In this document: positions 49,930-58,614 of the stretch, piece after piece | Numbering within the stretch: the stretch's first letter is position 1 | Layout of the letters: each line of letters begins with the position of its first letter | From: an uncultured virus (IMG/VR IMGVR_UViG_3300017768_000003) | Lineage: Duplodnaviria; Heunggongvirae; Uroviricota; Caudoviricetes | IMG/VR virus record: IMGVR_UViG_3300017768_000003 | DNA: 64,000 nucleotides | Reading direction: 5' to 3' (one strand) | Translations under genes and position numbers: made by a program | The notes under the pieces: model-generated | The model's database searches: none | What the model was told of the DNA's origin: nothing | The model's input: the letters and a program-made list of their open reading frames with translations, nothing else

Positions 49930-50277
49930 TTATCTATTATCCTCGACATCTTCAACTGCTTCAAGTAATTGTTTTTTCTCTTCTTCTGTAAGTAGAACAC
50001 CTGACGTGTCGCCTGTATTTCTAGTTGATGCTCTTTGTACAATTGCAGCCATCTTAATTAGATGTTCGTCGTTTTTTACAGCAACTTCTAAATACTCTTT
50101 TATTATAGGTACCAATATTGTTGCATCACCCATATTTTTAATCATAGGCTGTAATTGCTTGATTAAATCATTTATTTGAGCTTCTTTTTTAGCAGAGTTG
50201 TTGTATATGTCTTCCATAAGACCAGAGAAAGTCTTACCTTTGAATATTTCTTCGTCTTGACTTTTATTACTTTCCAT
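49930..50277 (-). CDS. Hypothetical protein
   Basis: 115 aa; AGGAG SD; late motif at 50296-50303. Confidence 0.7.
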   Translation of the reverse strand: MESNKSQDEEIFKGKTFSGLMEDIYNNSAKKEAQINDLIKQLQPMIKNMGDATILVPIIKEYLEVAVKNDEHLIKMAAIVQRASTRNTGDTSGVLLTEEEKKQLLEAVEDVEDNR

Positions 50278-50318
50278 ATTATTCTCCTATTATATATAAA
50301 TATCAGATATATACAAAA

Positions 50319-50352
50319 CAAAAGACCTGGAGTCGTTAAACCCCAGGCCTTC
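50319..50352 (-). terminator. Rho-independent terminator
   Basis: Minus strand GGCCTGGGGT/ACTCCAGGTC stem followed by TTTTGTTTT. Confidence 0.75.
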
Positions 50353-50370
50353 TATTATTTAGAACTTTTA

Positions 50371-50595
50371 TTATTTCTTAATAAAGAATGACATTACAAT
50401 TACTAATACTATCAATCCTACAAAGCCACCTTCACCAAGTGAAGTTACCAAAGCAGAAAGATTAGCGATTACATCCATTCCAAATACTGAACCGCCTGTC
50501 AAAACAGTCCAAAGGATTGTTACTGGCAAAACTGCCATCATGATAGTTAATAAACCACCAAAAAATCCTGTTACGTACTTAATTACTGAATCCAT
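50371..50595 (-). CDS. Small two-TM membrane protein
   Basis: 74 aa with two hydrophobic helices. Confidence 0.75.
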   Translation of the reverse strand: MDSVIKYVTGFFGGLLTIMMAVLPVTILWTVLTGGSVFGMDVIANLSALVTSLGEGGFVGLIVLVIVMSFFIKK

Positions 50596-50670
50596 TGTTA
50601 TCTCCGTTTTCTGTAATACTTGTTTTGTGGCAAAATTGCCGACCTATTAGCGCGATGCATATAACAATTC

Positions 50671-51084
50671 TTAGAATTTAAGACCGAATCCTAAAGTAAG
50701 ATTCGTAGTCTTCTCTACTGAATTGTATACAATTTTTGGGTCAACATACAAGTTGTTGTTCCACAACGTAAACATTTTACCTACACCGTAACTCATTCCT
50801 TCGGTGCTTAAACCACTTGTCGCTACATAAGCAAAATATCCTCTCATAAAATATCTTGCGTGAAAATTATAATCCATATCAACCGTTGAATCAGCTTGAG
50901 AAACCGAAACACCGACCATTAGATTATCCATAACACCGTAACCAACGGTAGGGCTTACTGCCCAGTCTGTCCATGCGATATTTGCAACATCTCCAGTACC
51001 TACATACCAATCACCTTTTTCTTGTGCTTGAGTAGAGAATACTACAGCAATTGCTAACATCATTGTTAAAATCAATTTTTTCAT
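50671..51084 (-). CDS. Outer-membrane beta-barrel protein
   Basis: Probable start MKKLILTMMLAIAVVFSTQA (signal peptide), alternating beta strands, C-terminal Phe (LGFGLKF). Confidence 0.8.
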   Translation of the reverse strand: MKKLILTMMLAIAVVFSTQAQEKGDWYVGTGDVANIAWTDWAVSPTVGYGVMDNLMVGVSVSQADSTVDMDYNFHARYFMRGYFAYVATSGLSTEGMSYGVGKMFTLWNNNLYVDPKIVYNSVEKTTNLTLGFGLKF

Positions 51085-51131
51085 AAAATTTCCTCTTTTT
51101 TTATTATTATTATTATTTGGTATTATTACCA

Positions 51132-51932
51132 TCATCGCGCAGACCTATTAGTTAAACTTTCATAACTAATAAGTTTTTCCTTAAAATCTTTTTTTATTAT
51201 GTTTACTACTTTAGATATATCTTGTGTTTTTTCACTTGTCATCTCTCGTATTAAAACATATATTGCTTTTTTGTTATACTTTTCTATATTTTCTCGTCTT
51301 CTAAACAATTCCAATACTGCATAAGCTATTTTCTTATCGGACTGTTTATTGAATCTTTCTTCAACACTGTCTTCGTATTTTTCTACAAATATATTTGTAA
51401 AATCTTTTAGAGAATCCCTTCTATCGCTATTGGCAATCTCTGCAGATATGTTTCTCTGAGTATCAACGGCCAATAAACTAGTTTTCTGCTTTAACATTTT
51501 ATAAGCTTTATTATTTGTTTGTATACAATAATTTTTAGCTACAATACTAAAATAAGAAAAAGCTCTCCCTTTTGATTCTGTGTATTTGTTAAGTTTCTGT
51601 AATAAAAAAGCTATTACTTCATATTGTTTATCCTCGGTTGTTCCATCCATATAAGGGAACTTAAATCTATTTATTATATTCTGACAAAGCTTCCATATAG
51701 GGTAATGCATGTGTTCAGAATATACCTTGTTTCTCTTTGAGTTGCTTTTCTCCTTATTGTAAGCAATAATTGCCTTTTCAGTTATAGGAGTGAAATACAT
51801 CTTGTTCTTTCTTTTTCTACCTCGCCTTTTTATATTAGGGTTCAGTAATATCTCTAATTCTTCCTGGTACTTAGGTAGATTTTCATAAAAATCATCAACA
51901 GGGCTTAGTTTTTTCTTAGTCATTGTTGCCAT
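51132..51932 (-). CDS. Putative late sigma factor (T4 gp55-like)
   Basis: Region-2-like KY...KGRAFSYFSIVAKNY, comparable to gp55-family FAYF motif. Confidence 0.6.
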   Translation of the reverse strand: MATMTKKKLSPVDDFYENLPKYQEELEILLNPNIKRRGRKRKNKMYFTPITEKAIIAYNKEKSNSKRNKVYSEHMHYPIWKLCQNIINRFKFPYMDGTTEDKQYEVIAFLLQKLNKYTESKGRAFSYFSIVAKNYCIQTNNKAYKMLKQKTSLLAVDTQRNISAEIANSDRRDSLKDFTNIFVEKYEDSVEERFNKQSDKKIAYAVLELFRRRENIEKYNKKAIYVLIREMTSEKTQDISKVVNIIKKDFKEKLISYESLTNRSAR

Positions 51933-52185
51933 CCAACTCTTCTACTATTTCCAACAAAGCATCGAACACCGTACCTGTTTCATCGTCTTTTTCAAACGCT
52001 CCTTTAGAATCTATTTGTCTCATTTCAGATATTGCACCCCGTACTTTTTGTTTCATATTAAAGTATTCGGAGTCTTGCTCTTCTATAACATCTTCAAAAT
52101 CTTCTATCTTTCTCATTAAGTTTATTGTAGAATAAGCAAGTATTATTGTAGTACAAATAAAGAAATACATTAGGATATCTGTCAT
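51916..52185 (-). CDS. Membrane-anchored hypothetical protein
   Basis: N-terminal TM plus acidic coiled coil. Confidence 0.7.
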   Translation of the reverse strand: MTDILMYFFICTTIILAYSTINLMRKIEDFEDVIEEQDSEYFNMKQKVRGAISEMRQIDSKGAFEKDDETGTVFDALLEIVEELDGNND

Positions 52186-52943
52186 TTTTTATCTCCATCT
52201 CCAAATAGTCCAGCAAAAATATCATCAACAGATTTGTTTGCTGTTGCAGTATCTAAAGATTTCTTTTTATGCTTTATGTTCGAAGCTTTTTTAACCTCAC
52301 CTTGCACCTTGTTTATTTCACCTTCTATTTTAGAAGCCATTAAATCTGCCTGATGTAATACCAATGGCATATTTGTTTTGAAGTTTCTATCAGCATTATA
52401 GTGTTTGAAATATTGAGTATTAGCTTCGTCATATAATCCATCGTGAACCATTATTGCTATCATTTCATTTTGAGAATACTTTATATCATGCTGCTGTAAT
52501 AACCATAAACTTCTATGCTGTACAGGCATCCAATTTAATTCTGCATTTAGATTCCAAAGCGAGCCTTGATTTTTTCTATGCCATTCACTTGGATTTGGTA
52601 CATACAAATCTTTTTCTAAATCACCATACTTACCTAAATCGTGATTAAGTGCAGCAAACATCAATTCTTCTAATGTATAACCTTCCATTGATGAACCCAT
52701 AGATTTCCAAAGCATATATGTTTGCGATGCGCATTTACAAACTCTTAATACGTGTTCTACATATCCACCTACAAAAGCGTTGTGATAGTTTATATTACCA
52801 GAAGCTGGTGTAAACATCATTCGTTCTTGAAATGATTTGTACATTGCTTTAAGTCTATCTTTTCTTTCACCTTCAAAATTCTTATCTATGACTAGCATTA
52901 AGTCATTCCAATTCTGTAGTAATTGTTCTTCTGTTAAATTCAT
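52182..52943 (-). CDS. HD-domain hydrolase (YhaM-like)
   Basis: H...GG..EH.L.V, HDLGK, HDG, LHQAD. Confidence 0.85.
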   Translation of the reverse strand: MNLTEEQLLQNWNDLMLVIDKNFEGERKDRLKAMYKSFQERMMFTPASGNINYHNAFVGGYVEHVLRVCKCASQTYMLWKSMGSSMEGYTLEELMFAALNHDLGKYGDLEKDLYVPNPSEWHRKNQGSLWNLNAELNWMPVQHRSLWLLQQHDIKYSQNEMIAIMVHDGLYDEANTQYFKHYNADRNFKTNMPLVLHQADLMASKIEGEINKVQGEVKKASNIKHKKKSLDTATANKSVDDIFAGLFGDGDKK

Positions 52944-53515
52944 GAGCTAACCTCCATTATTTTATTTTTTACTTTGTTCCAATAACTTACTGTTTCGGGT
53001 TTGTGTATACCTCTTGGTCCACCATTCCAACACCTTGCAACCTCTTCAGCCGAATCCAATCCGTAATATTCGCAGTATATTTCAAACATCTCTATAGATT
53101 TATATCTATCCCATCTGTCAAGGTATGTATATCTTTTAGAATTACCTTTTCTTTCTAATATTCTATTTATATCGTCAACCATTGTTTGTCGTATTTGTAA
53201 ACAACCAACGGCATCTTCGCTAGCGTTATAAGCCGAGTCATTATAACTTGACTCTACGTACATTATCGACGATAGCAAACTTCTACCGTTAACTTGAATA
53301 TCGAAATTCCATATATTGTTTTTCTTCATTGTATCGATTTCTTTTCTCAGACTATCAACAATACAATCCAAACTATCATTGGCATTGACATTATATTGTA
53401 ATTCTTTGTTAAGGTTTTCGATTTGCTTTTCATAGTCTAGCGACATATACAAAAATAAAACCGCAGCTACGAAAGTAGCTACCATGTAATAAGTTAAATT
53501 TCTCATTTTAATCAA
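52940..53515 (-). CDS. Membrane-anchored lysozyme-like enzyme (i-type/destabilase or transglycosylase-like)
   Basis: N-terminal TM and coiled coil; VES...G.LQI...D and ARCWNGGPRG. Confidence 0.7.
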   Translation of the reverse strand: MIKMRNLTYYMVATFVAAVLFLYMSLDYEKQIENLNKELQYNVNANDSLDCIVDSLRKEIDTMKKNNIWNFDIQVNGRSLLSSIMYVESSYNDSAYNASEDAVGCLQIRQTMVDDINRILERKGNSKRYTYLDRWDRYKSIEMFEIYCEYYGLDSAEEVARCWNGGPRGIHKPETVSYWNKVKNKIMEVSS

Positions 53516-53741
53516 ATAAAAGTTTTAATTGTGCAGGGTCACCTTTTTCAATGTCCCTACCAAATTGTTCATCTATATTTTTAGTAGAATATCCTAAAGC
53601 GTGAGCAAGTCTTTTGCATGTTCTTTTATATTCATGTATTGATAAATCAGTTGGTATACTAAATTCAATAATTTGAGGCTCTTTAGATTTTAAGCCTCGC
53701 GTATATGTTAGTTTGTCTAATGCCATTTCATATTTCTCCAT
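53508..53741 (-). CDS. Hypothetical protein
   Basis: 77 aa; early-type promoter motif at 53758-53789. Confidence 0.65.
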   Translation of the reverse strand: MEKYEMALDKLTYTRGLKSKEPQIIEFSIPTDLSIHEYKRTCKRLAHALGYSTKNIDEQFGRDIEKGDPAQLKLLFD

Positions 53742-53792
53742 GATTTGATTATATACTATAATATAACAAATTTTTCTTACATATAAAAATAA

Positions 53793-54296
53793 CTAGCTGA
53801 AAAGTTTCGTAACCAAGTTTTCGTTAACCTTGCCTTTCAAGATTTTCGAATAATTTTTTATTTTTTGCATAACAACCTTCTTGTCTTTTTTCCAACGAAG
53901 GCCTTTTAATTCTTTTTTAAGTTTATTTATTTCTAGTGCAGCATCCTGCATATATTTTTGCTTTTCTTGTTTTGTAAATCTTCGCTTCTTCTCTACTACT
54001 GTAGGGGATTTAGTACCTTTCAGCTTTGGTTGTTCTATTCCCTTAAAATAAACGTTACCATTTTTATCTACAAATTCTTTCATGAAATGCCAGCCTGATG
54101 GTCGGCCTACATTTCTTCTAGCGGTCATAACAGGTGCTTCGCACATCTCCATTACGCATTCGTGACATGTAACTGCAGTTGTGTCTTCAGATACTGATTC
54201 AAATTGACCACACAGCTTACATTCCATATATCTATAGTCCCTATCAGGACTTTGGTTCCATCTCGTTCCTTTTCTATATTCTATTGCGTATTCCAT
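53793..54296 (-). CDS. Hypothetical Zn-finger protein
   Basis: CKLC...CHEC. Confidence 0.7.
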   Translation of the reverse strand: MEYAIEYRKGTRWNQSPDRDYRYMECKLCGQFESVSEDTTAVTCHECVMEMCEAPVMTARRNVGRPSGWHFMKEFVDKNGNVYFKGIEQPKLKGTKSPTVVEKKRRFTKQEKQKYMQDAALEINKLKKELKGLRWKKDKKVVMQKIKNYSKILKGKVNENLVTKLFS

Positions 54297-54297
54297 A

Positions 54298-55293
54298 TTA
54301 TTTACCCTTAACTTTATTTCTTATATTATTAAGTATACCTGAAACAGAGTTTATTTTGCTTTCAAAGTCGTTAATTTGACGTAAACCGCTGGCTACCTTA
54401 CTATTAAGTGCCTCAACTTTTTCTAAGCGGTTCATTCCTGACAGGTCTAAGCCTAAATCCTTCATCTCACATTCCTTGTCTTCAAGGCTTTTTTGTTCTT
54501 TTATTTTAGAGAATGCAAAATTAGCTGCAACAACCAACGCTATTGCAAGTGGGTCAAATACAAATACAATTAACAGCAAAAACCAATTAACTACCTTTCC
54601 CATATCGTATCCAGTTGTCTCTGCAAGATATTTAAGAGGTCCAAGCTCTCTTTGTTCTTCATTGCCAATTTCTTTTTCTAACGATACGACATCTAACTTA
54701 TTTATTGAATCAAGTACAGCCTCAATTTTAATATTTACAGCGTCTCTATCGTCTATTGTACTATTTAATTCGTTTTGCAAAGCTTTTCTAGCAGAACTCG
54801 ATGTTGTTGTAATTAACTGACCTGATTCTCTATCAATATATTGTACTTGAGCTGGGTTTGATAATGCTATTCTTAAATCTGATATTGATTTGCTGAGTTG
54901 ACCTTTTTCTATTTGTAAATCTGCCTTTTGTTCTTGGAACCTAACTTGTTTTTGATTTATTATTGCTAGTGATTTATCTAATATCTCAGATTTTGTTGCA
55001 GTCTCTTGATATGCTCCAGATAAAAATCCATATATACCTCCTGATGTAATTATCATTAAGATAAAGCATGCAGTAGCTAAATATGTTCTAAGTATTTTAT
55101 TTATTGTGTCCCAGTATTGATATAAAAGCGATGCTACTACTAATTTAGCAAATTCTAACGAACCTGCCATTATTATCACCTCGGTCGATGCACCAGCAAA
55201 CAGCTTGCTGAGTCCAAACACTGAATAGAATGCAGCTGAACCTGAAACAGCCAAAGCTGCGATCGCTATTATAGTAGGAAAAAGTTTATTCAT
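54298..55293 (-). CDS. Multi-TM coiled-coil protein
   Basis: Three N-terminal TM helices, coiled coil, C-terminal TM (FVFDPLAIAL). Confidence 0.8.
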   Translation of the reverse strand: MNKLFPTIIAIAALAVSGSAAFYSVFGLSKLFAGASTEVIIMAGSLEFAKLVVASLLYQYWDTINKILRTYLATACFILMIITSGGIYGFLSGAYQETATKSEILDKSLAIINQKQVRFQEQKADLQIEKGQLSKSISDLRIALSNPAQVQYIDRESGQLITTTSSSARKALQNELNSTIDDRDAVNIKIEAVLDSINKLDVVSLEKEIGNEEQRELGPLKYLAETTGYDMGKVVNWFLLLIVFVFDPLAIALVVAANFAFSKIKEQKSLEDKECEMKDLGLDLSGMNRLEKVEALNSKVASGLRQINDFESKINSVSGILNNIRNKVKGK

Positions 55294-56222
55294 TAGTTCC
55301 AGTCAATTTTGTTTATATTTTGCTGGCTGTCATATACAAGTGTGTATAAATTTCGATTGTCTATTTTTTTAATTCGTATCTCTGTCTCTAATATACCAAA
55401 GCTTAACAACTGGAACCTTATTCGGTTTATTTTCTTTAAGTCAAAATTGCTTATACAAGTAAAATTATCTATAAAGCTTATCACAACTTTATTTTCATAA
55501 TCAATTTCTTCTTCACCTTCAAATATATCGTCAGCACTAAACTTTTCGCTTTCGTTATATGACGGCCAAGTTCCCGCATTTTCAGGTCCTGAGTTGTACC
55601 CCTCAAAAGGAGGTATTAGTGATTTACCTTGAACTAGTCGTTCGAGATAATATTCTTTTATTCTTTTATCAAGCTTTCCTAACCAAATATTAAAGATTTG
55701 AAAGTCATTTTCAAATATCGCTTTATCTTCTATTGAAAGTATAGACCAAAATTCTTTACTTGTTATTTCGCCACTATATTTTTTATTCCCATCTAGAAAA
55801 GTACCATCATTTATTTTTTTATCAAGTCTAGACTTCTCTTTTTCTGAAAAATTCTTTAATAAATTTATCATTTTATCTATAGAATTTTCCTTTACTGTAC
55901 TTTTCTTTTTTGGAAGGGGCAATATGTCTAAGTCACTATATGTTATTTTTGGCATGAGTACTTTTAGACTTTTGTCTAATATTTCTTTAATCTCCTGACA
56001 TTTTTCATATTCTTCAGTTTCAATGAAATATAATATCATATCCTCTAATACTTCACGGAGTTCTTTCTCATCGACATCGATAGGGTCATAGAGCATAAAA
56101 ATTTCTCTGCCTTCTTTTCCTAGATTCTCTAATTTAATCTTGCCCGTAACAACCAAATATGTTGTTTCGAAAGCCTCATCAAATCCTTTATCTTCGTCGC
56201 CTTTGTACATAGTTCTTTCCAT
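55293..56222 (-). CDS. Hypothetical protein with UVR-like helical motif
   Basis: YFIETEEYEKCQEIKE; ATG at 56222 preferred because the tracked TTG start overlaps the tmRNA end. Confidence 0.65.
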   Translation of the reverse strand: MERTMYKGDEDKGFDEAFETTYLVVTGKIKLENLGKEGREIFMLYDPIDVDEKELREVLEDMILYFIETEEYEKCQEIKEILDKSLKVLMPKITYSDLDILPLPKKKSTVKENSIDKMINLLKNFSEKEKSRLDKKINDGTFLDGNKKYSGEITSKEFWSILSIEDKAIFENDFQIFNIWLGKLDKRIKEYYLERLVQGKSLIPPFEGYNSGPENAGTWPSYNESEKFSADDIFEGEEEIDYENKVVISFIDNFTCISNFDLKKINRIRFQLLSFGILETEIRIKKIDNRNLYTLVYDSQQNINKIDWN

Positions 56223-56238
56223 AATTTTATTTTTTACC

Positions 56239-56470
56239 TCCAACCACCGAAGCTTAGACGGTATGCTTCTTCAACCGTTGGGTCAGGGTGCTTAAATTAA
56301 GCCGCCATCGCCATTTCAACTTGTGCGCCAGTTAATTGCGTATTGAACTTCCTCATACCCTTATCTCTCTGTCAAATCCAGTCAGCCCCGTATCGTTAAA
56401 ATTGTTTGTGGAGCTGGTGGGTTTCGAACCCACGTCCAAAAGAGTAGCTAATATAAGTAATAGCGTTCAA
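56239..56470 (-). ncRNA. ssrA: Circularly permuted (two-piece) tmRNA; tag GAQVEMAMAA
   Basis: Minus strand order: T-arm GTGGG-TTCGAAA-CCCAC and acceptor 3' strand CAGCTCCA (to 56409), 19-nt spacer, 5' end GGGGCTGACTGGATTTGAC (56389) giving G3:U70, then TAACT-GGC resume context and tag 56329-56297. Confidence 0.93.
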
Positions 56471-56472
56471 AT

Positions 56473-56480
56473 ATAAATAT
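56473..56480 (-). promoter_or_regulatory. Late-type promoter motif upstream of tmRNA
   Basis: ATATTTAT, identical to the motif before structural genes. Confidence 0.55.
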
Positions 56481-56488
56481 CATATATA

Positions 56489-56713
56489 TTACTGTTTAGA
56501 AGCTTTTGCTGCATTCTTATTATAAGATTTTCTTCTGTAATATTTCTTAGATTTTTTTGCGTGAGCCTCTTTTATCTGTTCTTTTAATAAACTGTTAACA
56601 AACATTTTATCTGATAACAAATCATTGACTCCTGTATATCTTCTAAGAAAGTATACTGAGGTTATAATTGCTCCTACTAGTAAACCTAATATTAAACTTA
56701 AAATTGATTCCAT
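56489..56713 (-). CDS. Small single-TM protein
   Basis: N-terminal TM, basic tail, AAGGAG SD. Confidence 0.7.
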   Translation of the reverse strand: MESILSLILGLLVGAIITSVYFLRRYTGVNDLLSDKMFVNSLLKEQIKEAHAKKSKKYYRRKSYNKNAAKASKQ

Positions 56714-56731
56714 AAATATTTACTCCTTTTT

Positions 56732-57058
56732 TTATTTTGTGTAACCTTCCCATGTACCTGAGTTATGTTCTAACATCCCCATTCTTAAAGCTTTTCTGTA
56801 TGTTGATTGAGCATCTTGAATCTCTTCTATCAATCTATTACATTCTGAATGAGTAAGTTCAAATTTACTATTTCCAATATTTAATGTACAGATTAAAGGC
56901 TGATTAGCTTCTCCCTGAGGATTTTTAGCTTTAGCTCCTTTCATAAGCTTATGGCTTATTGTACTCCATAACTTTCCATATTTGCTAGGATTAAAAGGTT
57001 TTTTCTGGTTGTGTTTAATTGGTAACTGATTACCTGGTCCTGTTCTATGTTTTAACAT
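56732..57058 (-). CDS. Hypothetical protein
   Basis: 108 aa ORF. Confidence 0.65.
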   Translation of the reverse strand: MLKHRTGPGNQLPIKHNQKKPFNPSKYGKLWSTISHKLMKGAKAKNPQGEANQPLICTLNIGNSKFELTHSECNRLIEEIQDAQSTYRKALRMGMLEHNSGTWEGYTK

Positions 57059-57269
57059 AATTATTTTAGTGGTTAAGCCACAAGCTATTTAATATGTCTT
57101 CTCTATTAGGTTTTCGACTTCCCCTATTTATATTATTTTTATAGTAATTATTTTAATTATTATTTAATAATTTATTAGTATTAAAGATTAGTAGTTATTA
57201 CTACTATTATTAGTTTTAGTACTAATATATTAAAAATTTCCGACAAATAAAAATATTTACAGTACTTTT

Positions 57270-57506
57270 TTACTTAAAAGGATAAATTCCTTCTAATAAC
57301 TGAGTCATATATACTTCTATCAGATTTTGCTTGTATTCAATTGACTCATTTTTCGACATTATCTTTTCTATATAATGACATACAGGACTATCAGCTGGCT
57401 GTATTATAGCGTCAGCTTTATATAAATCCGTTACACCTTCTGCACCATTATACTTAAATGCAGATATAATTCTCTCTTTGTCCAAATATCTTTTATTAAA
57501 TCCCAT
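57270..57506 (-). CDS. Hypothetical protein
   Basis: 78 aa, MGFNKRYL start. Confidence 0.65.
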   Translation of the reverse strand: MGFNKRYLDKERIISAFKYNGAEGVTDLYKADAIIQPADSPVCHYIEKIMSKNESIEYKQNLIEVYMTQLLEGIYPFK

Positions 57507-58242
57507 TTTTTTGTTTCTCTAATTGTTTTTCAAAATATCTTTCGTGGTTTCTTGTAGGTGTATAAAGGTATATACATGATTGTTGAGAGTTTCTAGCATT
57601 ACCAGATAGTACAGCTCCATTATATATTGACGACATAACTTTCTTGCCTTTAGGTATATGACCGCCTTTACCGTCATCTTTCCAAGTGACATTCTCATAA
57701 TGCGCCATTATCTTTCCTTTACACCTTATTAGTATTTCAGTAGCCAATACTTTATGTTCTTTATTTGAATATCCTTTTGCATAATCAATCCAGTCTATAT
57801 CTCCATACGGGTCTTGTGAAGTTGATTGTCGTACATTCAGAACCACTACCTTCCTTTTATTTTTTATAAATTCTTTTTTCAATTCAAGTAAGTCTATATC
57901 AATACCTGTATTTAATTCTTCTTCAAGTCTATTAAATTTTACAAAAAAGTCTTTACCTCCGTGACCACGTTTGATGTTTAGTAGACCTGAGGGTATACAT
58001 ATTTGTGGGAATTTCCAACAGTTTTCAATCATCATTGTCTCTGCATTTTCTGCATCTTCACGAGACTTAAATCTTCCAAGAAGTCTAAATTTGAATTCGT
58101 TGTTCTTAAGCCATTCTGCTTTTCGACTAGTATCATCTTCGCTTATATGGCTTGTTACTCTATCGCTTTGTCCTACGCCAACGTATGCATATAAATCTTT
58201 ATTGTTAAAATAACCGTATACGTAATACTTATAATTCTTCAT
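57496..58242 (-). CDS. GIY-YIG (LEM-3-like) nuclease-domain protein
   Basis: YYVYGY...YVGVG...R...H; E..A...E; L.N...GHG. Confidence 0.65.
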   Translation of the reverse strand: MKNYKYYVYGYFNNKDLYAYVGVGQSDRVTSHISEDDTSRKAEWLKNNEFKFRLLGRFKSREDAENAETMMIENCWKFPQICIPSGLLNIKRGHGGKDFFVKFNRLEEELNTGIDIDLLELKKEFIKNKRKVVVLNVRQSTSQDPYGDIDWIDYAKGYSNKEHKVLATEILIRCKGKIMAHYENVTWKDDGKGGHIPKGKKVMSSIYNGAVLSGNARNSQQSCIYLYTPTRNHERYFEKQLEKQKNGI

Positions 58243-58420
58243 ATTCTATTGATTTTATATGATTACAAAAATATAGCATGTCTCCATTTCTTAATATGGT
58301 ATCACATCGAAAAAATTTTTTAAGTATACTCATATCTGGATTTCTTAGATGACTTTCGCGAATCTTTCGCTTTACCCAATACATCTCGCCATTTTGTGTA
58401 CTTAATAATTCTCCAATCAT
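58229..58420 (-). CDS. Hypothetical protein
   Basis: 63 aa, tightly packed. Confidence 0.6.
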   Translation of the reverse strand: MIGELLSTQNGEMYWVKRKIRESHLRNPDMSILKKFFRCDTILRNGDMLYFCNHIKSIEYEEL

Positions 58421-58614
58421 TTCTTTTTCTTAAATCTATCAGCTATAATATAATATGTAAATAACACTACAAACATTATAGCCATAAAGGGTATCCACCA
58501 ATAAAATGGTAGTAATACAAACCACCAGCTTATGTTTAATACTTTAGTAATTTTTAATAAAATTAAAATTATTCCTAATGAGTAATGTGGGTATTCTTTT
58601 ATAGTTTTTATCAT
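58417..58614 (-). CDS. Small membrane protein
   Basis: LKIT.V..ISWW.VLLP.W hydrophobic motif. Confidence 0.65.
   Translation of the reverse strand: MIKTIKEYPHYSLGIILILLKITKVLNISWWFVLLPFYWWIPFMAIMFVVLFTYYIIADRFKKKK

Noticed and set aside
51085..51135. N-terminal MMVIIPNNNNNKK extension of the outer-membrane protein ORF
   Set aside because: The AAT run is an A-rich leader; the signal-peptide start at 51084 fits better
56409..56437. Apparent partial tRNA (T-arm and acceptor 3' half)
   Set aside because: No anticodon arm; it is the acceptor piece of the permuted tmRNA
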